Shown here: positions 1 through 10,800 of the stretch, piece by piece
Numbering within the stretch: the first letter of the stretch is position 1
Layout: the number at the start of each line of letters is the position of its first letter
Assembly (NCBI GenBank): GCA_030141605.1
Contig: JAQGDQ010001152.1
Location: 1-11,661, forward strand
Origin: Tubiluchus corallicola
Taxonomy: Eukaryota > Animalia > Priapulida
Length of the DNA stretch: 11,661 nucleotides
Direction of reading: 5' to 3'
Notes under the pieces: model-generated
The model's database searches: none
Seen by the model: only the letters and a program-made list of their open reading frames with translations
What the model was told of the DNA's origin: nothing
Position numbers and translations under genes: made by a program

Positions 1-2
1 TT

Positions 3-445
3 CCATTACCAACTCTTCCACCACAATTCACCAATGCAAGCCTCAACTGGAAACACACAAGATATCAACCACCATTACCAACTCTTCCACCACAATTCAC
101 CAATGCAAGCCTCAACTGGAAACACACAAGAAATCAACCACCATTACCAACTCTTCCCCCACAATTCACCAATACAAGCCTCAACTGGAAACACGCAAAT
201 TATCAACCACCATTACCAACTCTTGCACCACACTTCACCAATGCAAGCCTCATCCGGGAACACACAAGAAATCAACCACCATTACCAACTCTTCCACCAC
301 AATTCACCAATGCAAGCCTCATCTGGAAACACACAAGAAATCAACCACCATTACCAACTCTTTCACCACACTTCACCTTTGCAGGTCTCATCCGGGAACA
401 AACAAGAAATCAACCACCATTACCAACTCTTGCACCACAATTCAT
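3..445 (+). repeat. 69-bp tandem repeat, about 6.4 copies, possibly truncated by the window edge
   Basis: Units start at 34, 103, 172, 241, 310, 379. Consensus atgcaagcctca(a/t)ctggaaacacacaagaaatcaaccaccattaccaactcttccaccacaattcacca. No indels between units. Confidence 0.97.
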
Positions 446-622
446 CTTTAGGCCTGGTAAATTTAGTTATGTGCAGATAGTTAGATTACCGGCATTCCTT
501 TATGCAAGCCCAAATCATCCTGGGGTACATGGGGTACCCTTCATGGTGAGGTGTACTCTAGTTGTAGTTGGTATGTGTTCAATAAGCTTCAAAGTTTTGT
601 TTTATTACAAAAGGCATTTAAC

Positions 623-779
623 CTGTTCTGAGTTGTCCAGCATCTTCAAGTCATTCATATTATCAGCAAGATTAGCTGGATGGACACTTGAAGTCAACAC
701 ACGGCTTACATCTGCATCCACGCTCTGCTCTTCAAGAAAAAAAACTAAATCCGGTCGTAAAAATTGAAATTCAAATAGT
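623..779 (-). CDS. Possible downstream exon remnant of the same gene (LFEFQFLRPDLVFFLEEQSVDADVSRVLTSSVHPANLADNMNDLKMLDNSEQ)
   Basis: Protein-like open stretch within ORF 605..829 with a donor-like CAG|gttaaa. The upstream pyrimidine tract ends in ttgcaa rather than ttgcag. I cannot link it to the other exons. Confidence 0.3.
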
Positions 780-933
780 TGCAATAAAAACAGCAAAATA
801 TAACAAAGTTCACTAGACACTTTGAGCAATCTTCTTTAGCAACATTAGAAAGTGTCAGTGGCTAAAATGTGTGATGAGTACCCAATTAGTGTTCTCCTTG
901 TTCCATTACCACAGTGAAGAAATGGATGTTTTA

Positions 934-1112
934 ATAACAAACTTGTGGTGGAAACACCTGCTTGATATAGTAAGTTTATAACAAACTTGTGGTGGAAACA
1001 CCTGCTTGATATAGTAAGTTTATAACAAACTTGTGGTGGAAACACCTGCTTGATACAGTAAGTTTATAACAAACTTGTGTTGGAAACACCTGCTTAATAT
1101 AGTAAGTTTATA
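934..1112. repeat. 44-bp tandem repeat, 4 copies
   Basis: Unit ataacaaacttgtggtggaaacacctgcttgatatagtaagttt starts at 934, 978, 1022, 1066. Only 3 substitutions in total; no spacers. Confidence 0.97.
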
Positions 1113-1642
1113 CAGCTATTTTTACTGCAATATTTCACCCATTTCCAAAAATTTGATATAACTGACTACTATTATAATAGACCACACGAATATTATGATT
1201 ATTCAGTTAAGTTAACAGCACATTAGTATGATCATTATGACACTGTATAGTTTCACATCTAATTTGTTATCGCCCTAAGGATATTTCATTAAAAGAATAT
1301 TTGCCAATGAAGTCAACAGGGACTGACGAAACGATCAATATTATCAATAAATAATCTGCAGCACAATTTCACCATTTTGTTTGAGTTAATTTATACATTT
1401 AAAATTTGCAGATGCTTTTTTCACATTAAAATGAAATCAGTTTGTATAATTTCTATGACCCACAAAGTGACTCTATTCCACTCTCTCTTTGTACAATATC
1501 GTTCAAATAAGGCTCGAGCACACACCAGCAGCCTGCCTCCGCAGCTACATTAAAATTCAGACAGAAGCCAAATTTGTAGATGAATTAATAACAGATGTCA
1601 GAGTTAAATAGAACAGCATATAAACATCTAATGATGAATTTT

Positions 1643-1814
1643 TCACACGAACAAAGTTTGGAATTTCAGTACAATTGAAAAAAAACAAACTGCACCTGCA
1701 CTTTCTTCTGGAAGAAAAAACTGAGCATTACATGGTTCTGACAAATATTCATCAAGGTGGCGCTTGGGCTTTTGTTTTGCAGATACTCTTGTTTTTCCAT
1801 TTCCAATCCAAAGC
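1643..1814 (-). CDS. Exon (R)LWIGNGKTRVSAKQKPKRHLDEYLSEPCNAQFFLPEESAGAVCFF...; predicted REase core, 3' end uncertain (stop at 1645-1643 or frameshift at the T8 run)
   Basis: Acceptor ttctttactacttag| at 1816-1815, phase 2 match. FFLPEESAG resembles the F-x-P-x-x-x-x-G-P-D motif of CR REases. Confidence 0.75.
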
Positions 1815-4800
1815 CTAAGTAGTAAAGAATTGATTATATAAAAACATATCATTAAATACAGCCGATATGGCTAGCAGCAGCAACTAAGAAAAGTCCAAAA
1901 TTCAGAACAAATACAATTATTAACACATAAATTTATTAAATGATTACTACACTTTTTATAAAATTTATTCAGCTCCAATTGCAAATGACAGTATTTTAAG
2001 AAATTTAGCAAACCGCATTTCAGCAACGAATCTCAATCTAGTTAGAAAAATACTGAATAGAACCATAACTGACATCAAAGTTAAACCATGGAATATATTA
2101 GTAGCAAAACAACTTTTGTACTTAATATCTGGACATTTTGGCTAAAAATCTTCCTGTTGTTGACAAATAAGATAATTATAATGTTTGACTTGAATTTACA
2201 GCATTGACAATATGCAGCTTAACATCTTCTGTTATTTCAAATTCATATATGTTAAACATGACAAGCAGATTTTTTTGTGGAAAATTCATGATATACTTGA
2301 ATATTCAGAACGCTTGATGATCAAATAGCGGTAATGAAGGCTCGAAGATAATAATCAACATACCTACATCCTCGTATCCACTGTGGAACGTTGGTTAAAT
2401 TGGAAAATAATGAATGTTTTTCAACATCAATAGGTTCTGCGAAAGCTTTCTTCACCCACGCAGGGATAAGCAATTCAAGTAATTTACCCCTGCTCTGGGG
2501 ATCTATTAGAGGATCTGTCAATAAGTCACGTGCATAGTCTTCCATAAAGGGTTCTTTGCCTACATGATAAACATCCACATAATTAAATTACAATGCATAC
2601 TAATTAAAAGCCTTATAAATATCGTACTTATCAGGTGGGTCAAATCGAACGTTGAAGCTCGAAGCAGGACTGACCCAAGCAGATAGTAGTAAATGGGTTG
2701 CAAGGCCGCTAACTTAAAGGCAGTGATTATCAAAACTATTCATTTCTACTATTCCATGGCTATGAACTTAGCAGGTTCGAGATCTAAGTATGTATAGATC
2801 CTTCCTCATACAATAAACAGAAAGAATTAATATGGTGAATGAAAACACCGACAGCATGTAGTGAAAGCACTCACACCCAAGTAGTCATAAATCATTCACA
2901 AACAACCATCACAGCTGCTCAACTTTCCTTGCAAAGTACATATCCTAAGCATTCAGCTATTCACTTTCCTTTAGCTTTAGGCCTTTCCTTTAGGCCTTAG
3001 CTTTAAGCCTTATGAAAAATTAAACTAACCTTTTCTTTTAAAAAATTCTCGAATAGCAACAGCAACCAAATTCTCCTGAATGGATGCTTGAGACGGATGC
3101 CCATTCTCAATGTTAACATGACAAATGCCTTTATCCACTAGTCCCATGTGATCCGGACAAGGCAAGCGGAACTTGCCATTTGTTAGAAGATAAGCCAGAA
3201 GCTGCAAGAAAATAAGAACTGACAAATCAACACTGTAAACTGTTACAATACACATACAGTATTTGCACTTTCTTCTTCTTCGTTGTTTATTGATCTTCAA
3301 TGGTCACAGGATGACGTTGATGTATGAGTATTACTAGGTTTTGCAACACATATTGCTGCACCATTGTTGCAGGCTGACATACTAGGGTGAAAAATCTCTC
3401 ACCATTATGAAACTGATAAAAGCTGTCTTCCTAGTCTTATCCGAGTTTAAAAATTTAGATATTTTTAAAAACAGTTCTGAATGTCTGTTAAATCCACGTT
3501 ACATTAATTGCAGTGCCAAATAAAACTTCATATGATGTGGCTTCACTTAACAAATAAAACAAGATGTAGTTTTACCCATCCTCCAGCTGAGTAACTGACT
3601 AACTGGCTACAGAATTATTGTAATTAAAAGCAGTGTTTATGTAGCATCAGGTGTGCGTATGTGTTATGATGTGCAGAATAGATAGAATTGGTTTATGTTG
3701 TTTTTATTGCACCAGCTTCTAAGACCCGAGTTATGCATTATTTGTTCTGCAGTTATTTCCTATTAATTTTTTATTCTGCAGCTATTCCACAGGTGGATAA
3801 CCCATGCACATTCCGGATGCTACATAAACGCCACTTAATACTGATATGTATATAAATCACCAGACCTGTGTTGAGTATTTGTGACATTTTCTATCAATTT
3901 TTTAAAATAGATTATAAATATTTTCGGATTATTTTATGCTATCATGCATACCAGTCTTTTCAGAACTTGGAAGACTTCGAGAGGCGGCACTACATCCTCG
4001 CTGACTTGCACAAGACTAGGACGAGATGGAACAGGACCACATAGCTGATCAAGGGGAAAACCCAGTGAGTTTTTATTTGTACCCACTAAATCGTCAGAAG
4101 CTGTCCTTATAGCCTGCTGAATGAGTTCATATTGCTCAAGCTCATCACTTATCAAAACGTGCTTCAAAAAGTAAGCCAAAAACCTTGGTCTTCCTGCAAA
4201 TAAAAAAATAAATTTTCACAATATTGAAAATGTAATCAAATTAGCTGGCCTTAAAGGGGGAATATCATGAAAATTAAGTTAAACTTACTTTATAGTTGCT
4301 TTCCCCGTGAACAACTTGGCAAAATTTTTTAGCAGTACGTTGTATAATTAATGAGTAATTAGCTTTTTTGTATCTCGTGGGAAAGGCCATGGAGCTGCAC
4401 TTACGCCTCTCCCAGTGAAAAAAATGAACTGGCGCAGCTCTGAAGATGACGTAGCACAGTGTACCCACAGCTCGTTGTAATACTGCCGTTCACGACTGGG
4501 CTTAAAAATAAAGCTGTTATTACTACATTACAGCATTTGACTACGGTTCGAATAGGTAGCCAGTTGATAGAAATGATTGTTGTTGCATTCGTTAACATGC
4601 TTTCATCAAAAGCGATATATTTTACTACCATCGAAAGTTATAGGTCCATTGTAGTATATTCTAATAGAGTGTAAACAATCATTGCACAAAAGTAGACCTA
4701 TAGCATATTGTGAAAATTCTTGTGGCATTAATTGAAAACATCGTCGGCAATACAAGCTGCAAAAGTGTGGGCCCCCTGGTAACAAAAGTTCTTTTCTTGT

Positions 4801-7800
4801 AAAACAAGTCCGATAAGGTAACTTCATTCTGGTAGAAGAATTAATGAATTTGTAAACACAGAGAAACTCAATGGAGCATAATTATAATCAGTGTAACAGT
4901 TTTTAGTGACAGCTTCATTTTATCAGCCTTGACAAAAAATATGTGAACCCCATGAACACAGAGACTATAACATTATAGCTGTGGAATTACTGATTAAACA
5001 TATATGCACATTTTTAACTTTGTTGTGCTTCAGTCAGTTAAACCAGTAAGACTTTTAATATCAACCAGAACTTTAACTGTTGTTCGTTAGCTTTTGTTTT
5101 TACATGATAACAACATGTTGTGTTTATTTTTACACAGCAGTATTATTAAAATATTAGGATTAATAAAATTCTTGTGGTCAGTTGGACTGAAATAAAAATT
5201 GATCATAATAATGCATTTATTATTAACATATTATTATACTTTTACAAAATAAAAAACTAACTATGTAATGTGGTTCGATGACAAAATAATTATTTATTGT
5301 GTTATTTCAGGCAAGGTTATTCTGACACTCATTCTATTACAAAGTTGAAAAAAGTATAATATGTAGTACAAAATAATCTAGTACAACGCTCTTTGTGCTA
5401 CACAAATTACCAAATATACTGAAGTCATTGTTTATGGTGTAAGGATTAACAATTTGCAGTTGTCAATTTACGATTTACAATATTTTTCTTTAGTTAATAT
5501 TCAAAATTCAGGAAGAGGCATCATAAATAAAATTTTAGTGCAAAAAATTGCATTACATAATGTAACTGTGATATTTTTATTGAAATGGATACAAATCTCG
5601 AGATGACTAAACTGCATCGATAAACTAAATCTGTCCGAAGTGTAAGCACAATATTTTTAACACTAGAGTTCATCATGTTCTAAACTCACGTTTCAAAGCA
5701 AACAGCCGAGAATAGACGAGAAATTGGCACACAGTTTGTAGGCATGAAACCAGCTTTTTTAGATTGTGCTTTCATTGCTTCAACAACTTTCTGCTGCTCG
5801 TTGGAAACTAAAAGTTATTATATTTTGGCTTCATATTCTGACACTTTCCATCTGACTGCTGCATCCCGTCTAATTGCTGAATCCTAGTGTAACACATTTC
5901 GCGGCTGTTTTTCAATAAGCAGAATCACGGTGACCGAAACCGAGCAAATCACGCATTCAATCCACAATAAGCTAATCTTTACCGTGATACCGTCACTAGG
6001 TATAAACTGCGTAAGAGTACTGTATGCTGACGCTGCTTTTCGATGTAAACAAATAGTCAAACAGTGTTGTGTACAGTTTACAAATTTATCATTAGCTGGC
6101 AATTTAAAAACAAATAAAAATAGTTGCCTTAATTAAAACCTTATTCGCTAGTTTTTGGCACAACACGACGATTTCTTTTGCTTTTATTGCAATTAAAAAA
6201 CAAATTAGCAATTTGATTACAAGTTACGTATTCAACTGGTTTAAAACACAAAAAAATATATAAGTTTATTGTAAAATATACCTTGAAAAGTTTTTTTTAT
6301 GTCGCTTAGATATCGACCGGGCATCATAAAGTTTCGTAAATGATTTTCCACTTTATAATCAGAATCAAACCTAAAAATAATAACCTTATAACAACATTAA
6401 ACAGTAAAAAAACAAGCTGTGAAATAGTTTCAAGAAAAAGTTACTAAAATTTAAATATAGCAAACGATAAACATAACATTAAGGCAAAATGTATGTCTTT
6501 AGGCAGCAAACCTAACATGGTAAGTTACCACGTAAAGGTGTCACTATATTACTTTTACTGGACTACAATGATGGCTGTATCTGTCGTGCAATTTTTGTGA
6601 ACTTTCCGAAAAAACAAGTGGAAATTGGTACTGGTGGTCACTGATCATCACTTTGCATCGGCAGTGAAAAAAATAATCGGTAATAAAAAATAAAAGCTCA
6701 AATAGATTATAATCGATTAATCAGCTTCACCACTGTTCACTGTGAACATAAGGCATGCCCATATACCTTTAAAAACTGATACATTATAAATGAAGACATC
6801 TCACCTCCAAAAACTGTGAAAGATTAAATCAGTGTGTGAAAAGTCCTTCCCAACACACGACTTGATTAGTTCTCTACTTTCACTCAAACGAAGAGCAGTT
6901 CCAGCCAAGAATACATTCACATAATTCAGCTTATCACCGTTTAGCGTTTTAAAAAAATGGGAGAAAAATGATCTTGTTTCGCTTTCTTTCAATCCACTTC
7001 TGAAGTGTTTTGTGCACTGCCGTAAAAGTATATGTGCTTCATCGGTGAATACGTACAAATTTGATTTTCCAAATGGCTGAAAACTCGAATCAGTAACAAA
7101 TTTGTGCAACAAGGTTTGCAACTTGTCATACACATCCTCCGGATAACATTTTACTATTTTTTCATAAACTGAAAAGAAGAAGTTCTCACTTGTGCCAGGC
7201 ATCAAAATTTTATTAGCACGCAACTGCATAAACAGCCAACTTTTCGGTTCAATCATCGTTAAATTTTCTTTTGCAATTCTAGCGCATTCAAACAAGATCA
7301 ATAGCCGGGACAACACCATGCATAGGATGTAGTTAGTTGCAATAGTTTCTAACTCGTCCGGTTCGTAAATGGCTTTCAGTTCTATTACAGATTTGAGCTT
7401 TTTCATCTCAGGTGAGCCTTGAGGGCATCCATCTGCAAATGGCTCAAAAAATAATCCAAATCGCAAACATAACACTTCAAATATAGTTCTGGATTTTCCA
7501 CATCCAGACACTCCAAATAATACACCTAAAATAAAATAAACAATAAATTAGCTGATCACGAAACAGATTTATTTGTCCTGATACCTGCCTCATTCTTTAT
7601 ATAATCAGAAAGGTTGGGAATGATAAATTCTTTTATTCTTTTCTTTAAATGAAGGAGAGTGGTAAAGAAAAGAAACTTGAAGAAGATACAATTTCTATTA
7701 TAGAAAAATGAGAAAAATGTTACATTAAACATTTGTATTTGACTAATTGTTTTTAAAGGTAGCTAAAAATGCAGATAATTAAGGCAGGACCAAAGTGCAC

Positions 7801-10800
7801 TTGTTACAAACAATGTATAGAATTTTATATAAAATCTATGCATTTTGGGAAGGGTATGAAATAAATCTTTTTGCTGTGACTCTGTCACACTTTACGTAGA
7901 CATTTTGTATAATAGTTAGGATTTATATACAAGGAGTTAAACTGACTTTGGCAAAAAGAGTAAAATGAACATAATTTATATTGAATCGGACTTTTCCAAG
8001 GTATTTTATACTCCCAAGGCTTAGAGCTTGCATAATTACAATTTTGCATTTTGTTGCAGTTTAAATGAAAGCACCAAGTGAAATTTCGAGATAACTAACG
8101 CTTTATCTTATAGGATTTATTATAAATTTTATGTTGCAATACATTTTGTTGCATGTAACATATCGCTTCTATAATTCTGTTTCGTATACTCAAACAATCA
8201 AACTAAATTACTATTATACTAGGCTTTTCAAACATTTCTATTACAACGTATTTAAACCCAGCTACAAATGTTGACTTCATGACTTAGACTTAAGGAGCAC
8301 ATGTTTTCTCAAATCCTCATGAGGATGAGCCCTTCATATGAAACCTACAAATTCTGTTTTAGTTGCTGTTAAGTGATGTCTAAAAGCCTGTAAGAATTGT
8401 TGTGAAATGCGCTAGTATGGCACACCTCGAAGCACAGTGCTTATTCTTATTGCTTAGCCCGATTGCTTGGAGTTGCCCCAGCAAAAAGGTTTGTTAATGA
8501 ACATACAACTTTCCTGAATAAGTCTGTAGATAGTATTACTTGGCACTCTGCTTAATTGCCTATTAAATGAACTATCTAGTTCTATTCCTAATATTCTTCT
8601 TCTGAAGTCTATATCATTTGTTCTCAACCACTATTAAACTGAGTTAGCACAGTAGTTTACCCAGTGCTCTATCTCCTGGAGGCTAATTATTGACGACATT
8701 CTGGGGACCACATAACTACTGCTAAATTATGTTATCTTACAAACGTTTAATCTGTAAGCCTAGTCAATACGTTGTCGTATCATGTTCTAATTCTACCCTA
8801 TAATGCGGCACAAGAAATAACAAGAGAGATATGAGAATATTCCGGAAAACGTCATTGTTTGGTTGTTCATGGGCGACGTCAGACACTAATTTTTTTCTCT
8901 CATTGGTTAATAATTTAACCAAGGGATAAGGTATTTAAGTGTAATCTGTAAAAGGATTCATTTTGGCTGTCTTCAAGTTCGTCAGTGGGTGCACGATGGA
9001 TAGTTCATCAAAGTCAAAAGAGCGTACTTCTAATTCCAGCACTACTAGCTCGAAAGAGCAAAAATCGGCTGCTAATCTCTTGAAGGAGAAACATTCTTGC
9101 ACTAGCAAACCGATTAAGGACAAGCGCACTGCACATAACAGCTCGAAAGAGCATTCAGCATGCAATAAAACTGAGAGACAAAATATGGGCCCAGAGGTAA
9201 AATCGAATTTGGCAGAAGCTGTCAAAAATTTGCTTGAGGTTGGTTTGGACCCTACAGCCAGAAGTGTGACAGCATACTTGCTCCTAAAAACTGTTCCCAT
9301 CTAGATGTAGTTCTTGTAAATGACAGCATTTTTAATAACTTGGCGAAAGATAATAAAACTTGTGATGTTTTACCACAGAAAGTGCAGCAACCTATTATTA
9401 AGGGGCTAACTAGTTCAAATGTAGCTCCAACAATCACGCATTTTTAATAACTTGGCGAAAGATAATAAAACTTGCGATGTTTTACCACAGAAAGTGCAGC
9501 AACCTATTATTAAGGGGCTAACTAGTTCAAATGTAGCTCCAACAATCACAACCTGATTCTAAGAAGTTCACTCAAATGCTTTCGGATGCAATAGCCCTTG
9601 TAGCAGACGACCTCACACGAGTTGGACCCTTGAAGAAGATCGTTAATGAAAGATCTATTAAAACCTGAATTCAGAAGCCTGGGAAGTGAAAAGAGCCCAG
9701 TCACTGAACTCCTTTTTGGTTCATAACTAGATAAATCAGTGGATGAAGCCAGAAAGTCGACTAAAATAGTCTCCACCATTACCGACAGAAAGCAACCTTT
9801 CTATTCTTTGTTCTCCAGTGCTATGTTCGCCAGAATACATGTATTTCGGTGCAGTCACCAAACTGAATTCGAAGTACATCTTAAGAGTCCAGTCGCTCTT
9901 TTTAGATAAATAAACCTTTGGGGATTGCTGCTTAATTGTGGATTTTATTTATGTGGCTAATAAAAATATGCGTGGACTAAGACATCTGAAAATTAGCTAT
10001 GCTATTAACAGTATTTTCAAAACAACAGCTCAATACGGTTGAAAATTTTTTACTACATTATGTATCTATTCTGATCAATTGAGTTTTTGCATAATTTTGG
10101 TGTGGTGAGGGCTTCAATAGTCAACAGAAGTAGGTGTTAAAGATTTGTTATTGTTTCTTGTGCTGCATTATGGGATAGAATTTGTAAATTAAACAAACCT
10201 TACCTGTAAGGTGAAGTTTGATTATAATTGTATTCCATAATATTTAGCACAAGAGACAGAATGCCCTCCCCGCCCCCCTAAATTTTTTTCTTTCAATGAT
10301 TGGCCACATGGGCCTCCTATATTAAAGTATGGCGTTTTCAAGAACATTCGTACATCTCTCGTTTTGTCTCCTGTACTAAACACTATGAATTATAATCAAA
10401 CTTCACCTTACAGGTAAGTCAAGATAAGCTTTTTATTCAGCTAAACAATTAAACCAATTAGAAAGATACAAAGATTATGTTTTTGAACTCGGGCAAAATT
10501 TAAGCACAAGTCTAGCTCTACCCCTTTTCGATCAAATAAATTTCAAAAATAAACAACAAAAATGATATGGGCAAAATTGATGACATAGCAGTACTCTCAA
10601 AAGGATAAATACTGCAATGTAACCACAGTGTTACAATATATTTTGTAATTGCAAAGAACAATAGTTTTAAACTATAATTTAAGAAAAAATTAATCCAAGT
10701 GAAGGTGCGAGGGTGTGACTAAGTCTGTGAAAAAGCCTAATTTTGAAAGATGAACTTTGGAAGAGGTCTAGCGGTTCAAGATGTCTGCCTTGTAAACCGA

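Larger units (their letters stand above)
8789..10420 (+). mobile_element. Non-autonomous, internally deleted DIRS1-like (tyrosine-recombinase class) retrotransposon, antisense within the intron
   Basis: Left and right ends are inverted repeats (8824-8855 vs 10329-10360, 25/32). Internal complementary region: 10145-10182 is complementary to the left end 8789-8823 (32/35 plus a 3-nt gap), and 10199-10229 is perfectly complementary to 10388-10418. Decayed DIRS-type gag inside. No RT/RNase H ORF. Confidence 0.82.

Noticed and set aside
3-445. CRISPR-like repeat-spacer array
   Set aside because: The whole 69-bp unit is repeated; there is no variable spacer segment.
845-1045. 66-aa minus-strand ORF
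   Set aside because: It derives largely from the non-triplet 44-bp repeat.
934-1112. CRISPR array (palindromic repeats containing GAAAC)
   Set aside because: The units are head-to-tail with no unique spacers, there are no cas genes, and the context is eukaryotic.
4274-4827. Four overlapping short ORFs on both strands
   Set aside because: They are intronic, have no recognisable domains, and have no splice sites that fit the gene model.
5884-6136. Overlapping ORFs 5884..6102(-) and 5930..6136(+), and short nested inverted repeats (cctagtg/cactagg, atcacggt/accgtgat)
   Set aside because: There are no protein motifs, and 7-8 bp inverted repeats are too short to support a call.
6805-6820. Frameshift at the T5 run (HSFWR vs HSFGG)
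   Set aside because: As given, the junction to 6370 is in phase and open. Removing a T would lead to a stop in the next exon.
6801-7511. Single-exon prokaryotic or phage ATPase gene
   Set aside because: The GTG 'start' lies inside Walker A, and the ORF is bounded by canonical splice sites that join in phase to neighbouring exons.
7585-7694. Alternative upstream exon (NCIFFKFLFFTTLLHLKKRIKEFIIPNLSDYIKNEA, donor CAG|gtatca, 59-bp intron)
   Set aside because: It is phase-compatible with 7525, but low-complexity and needs a phase-2 upstream donor I could not find. The 11221-11017 exon carries the expected motif and the right phase. Not fully excluded.
8737-8764. Helitron 3' end (hairpin + CTAG-T)
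   Set aside because: The hairpin is a weak AT-rich 6-bp stem next to CTAG rather than a GC-rich stem about 10 nt upstream, and no 5' end was identified.
8935-9779. Minus-strand ORFs 8935..9300, 9252..9437 and 9546..9779
   Set aside because: These are antisense shadows of the plus-strand gag remnant, with no motifs of their own.
10203-10414. Stand-alone Tc1/mariner-type MITE with a TA target duplication
   Set aside because: The adjacent 10145-10182 and the internal 10329-10360 are both complementary to sequence at 8789-8855, and a DIRS-type gag lies between. The DIRS ICR/ITR layout explains all the repeats together.
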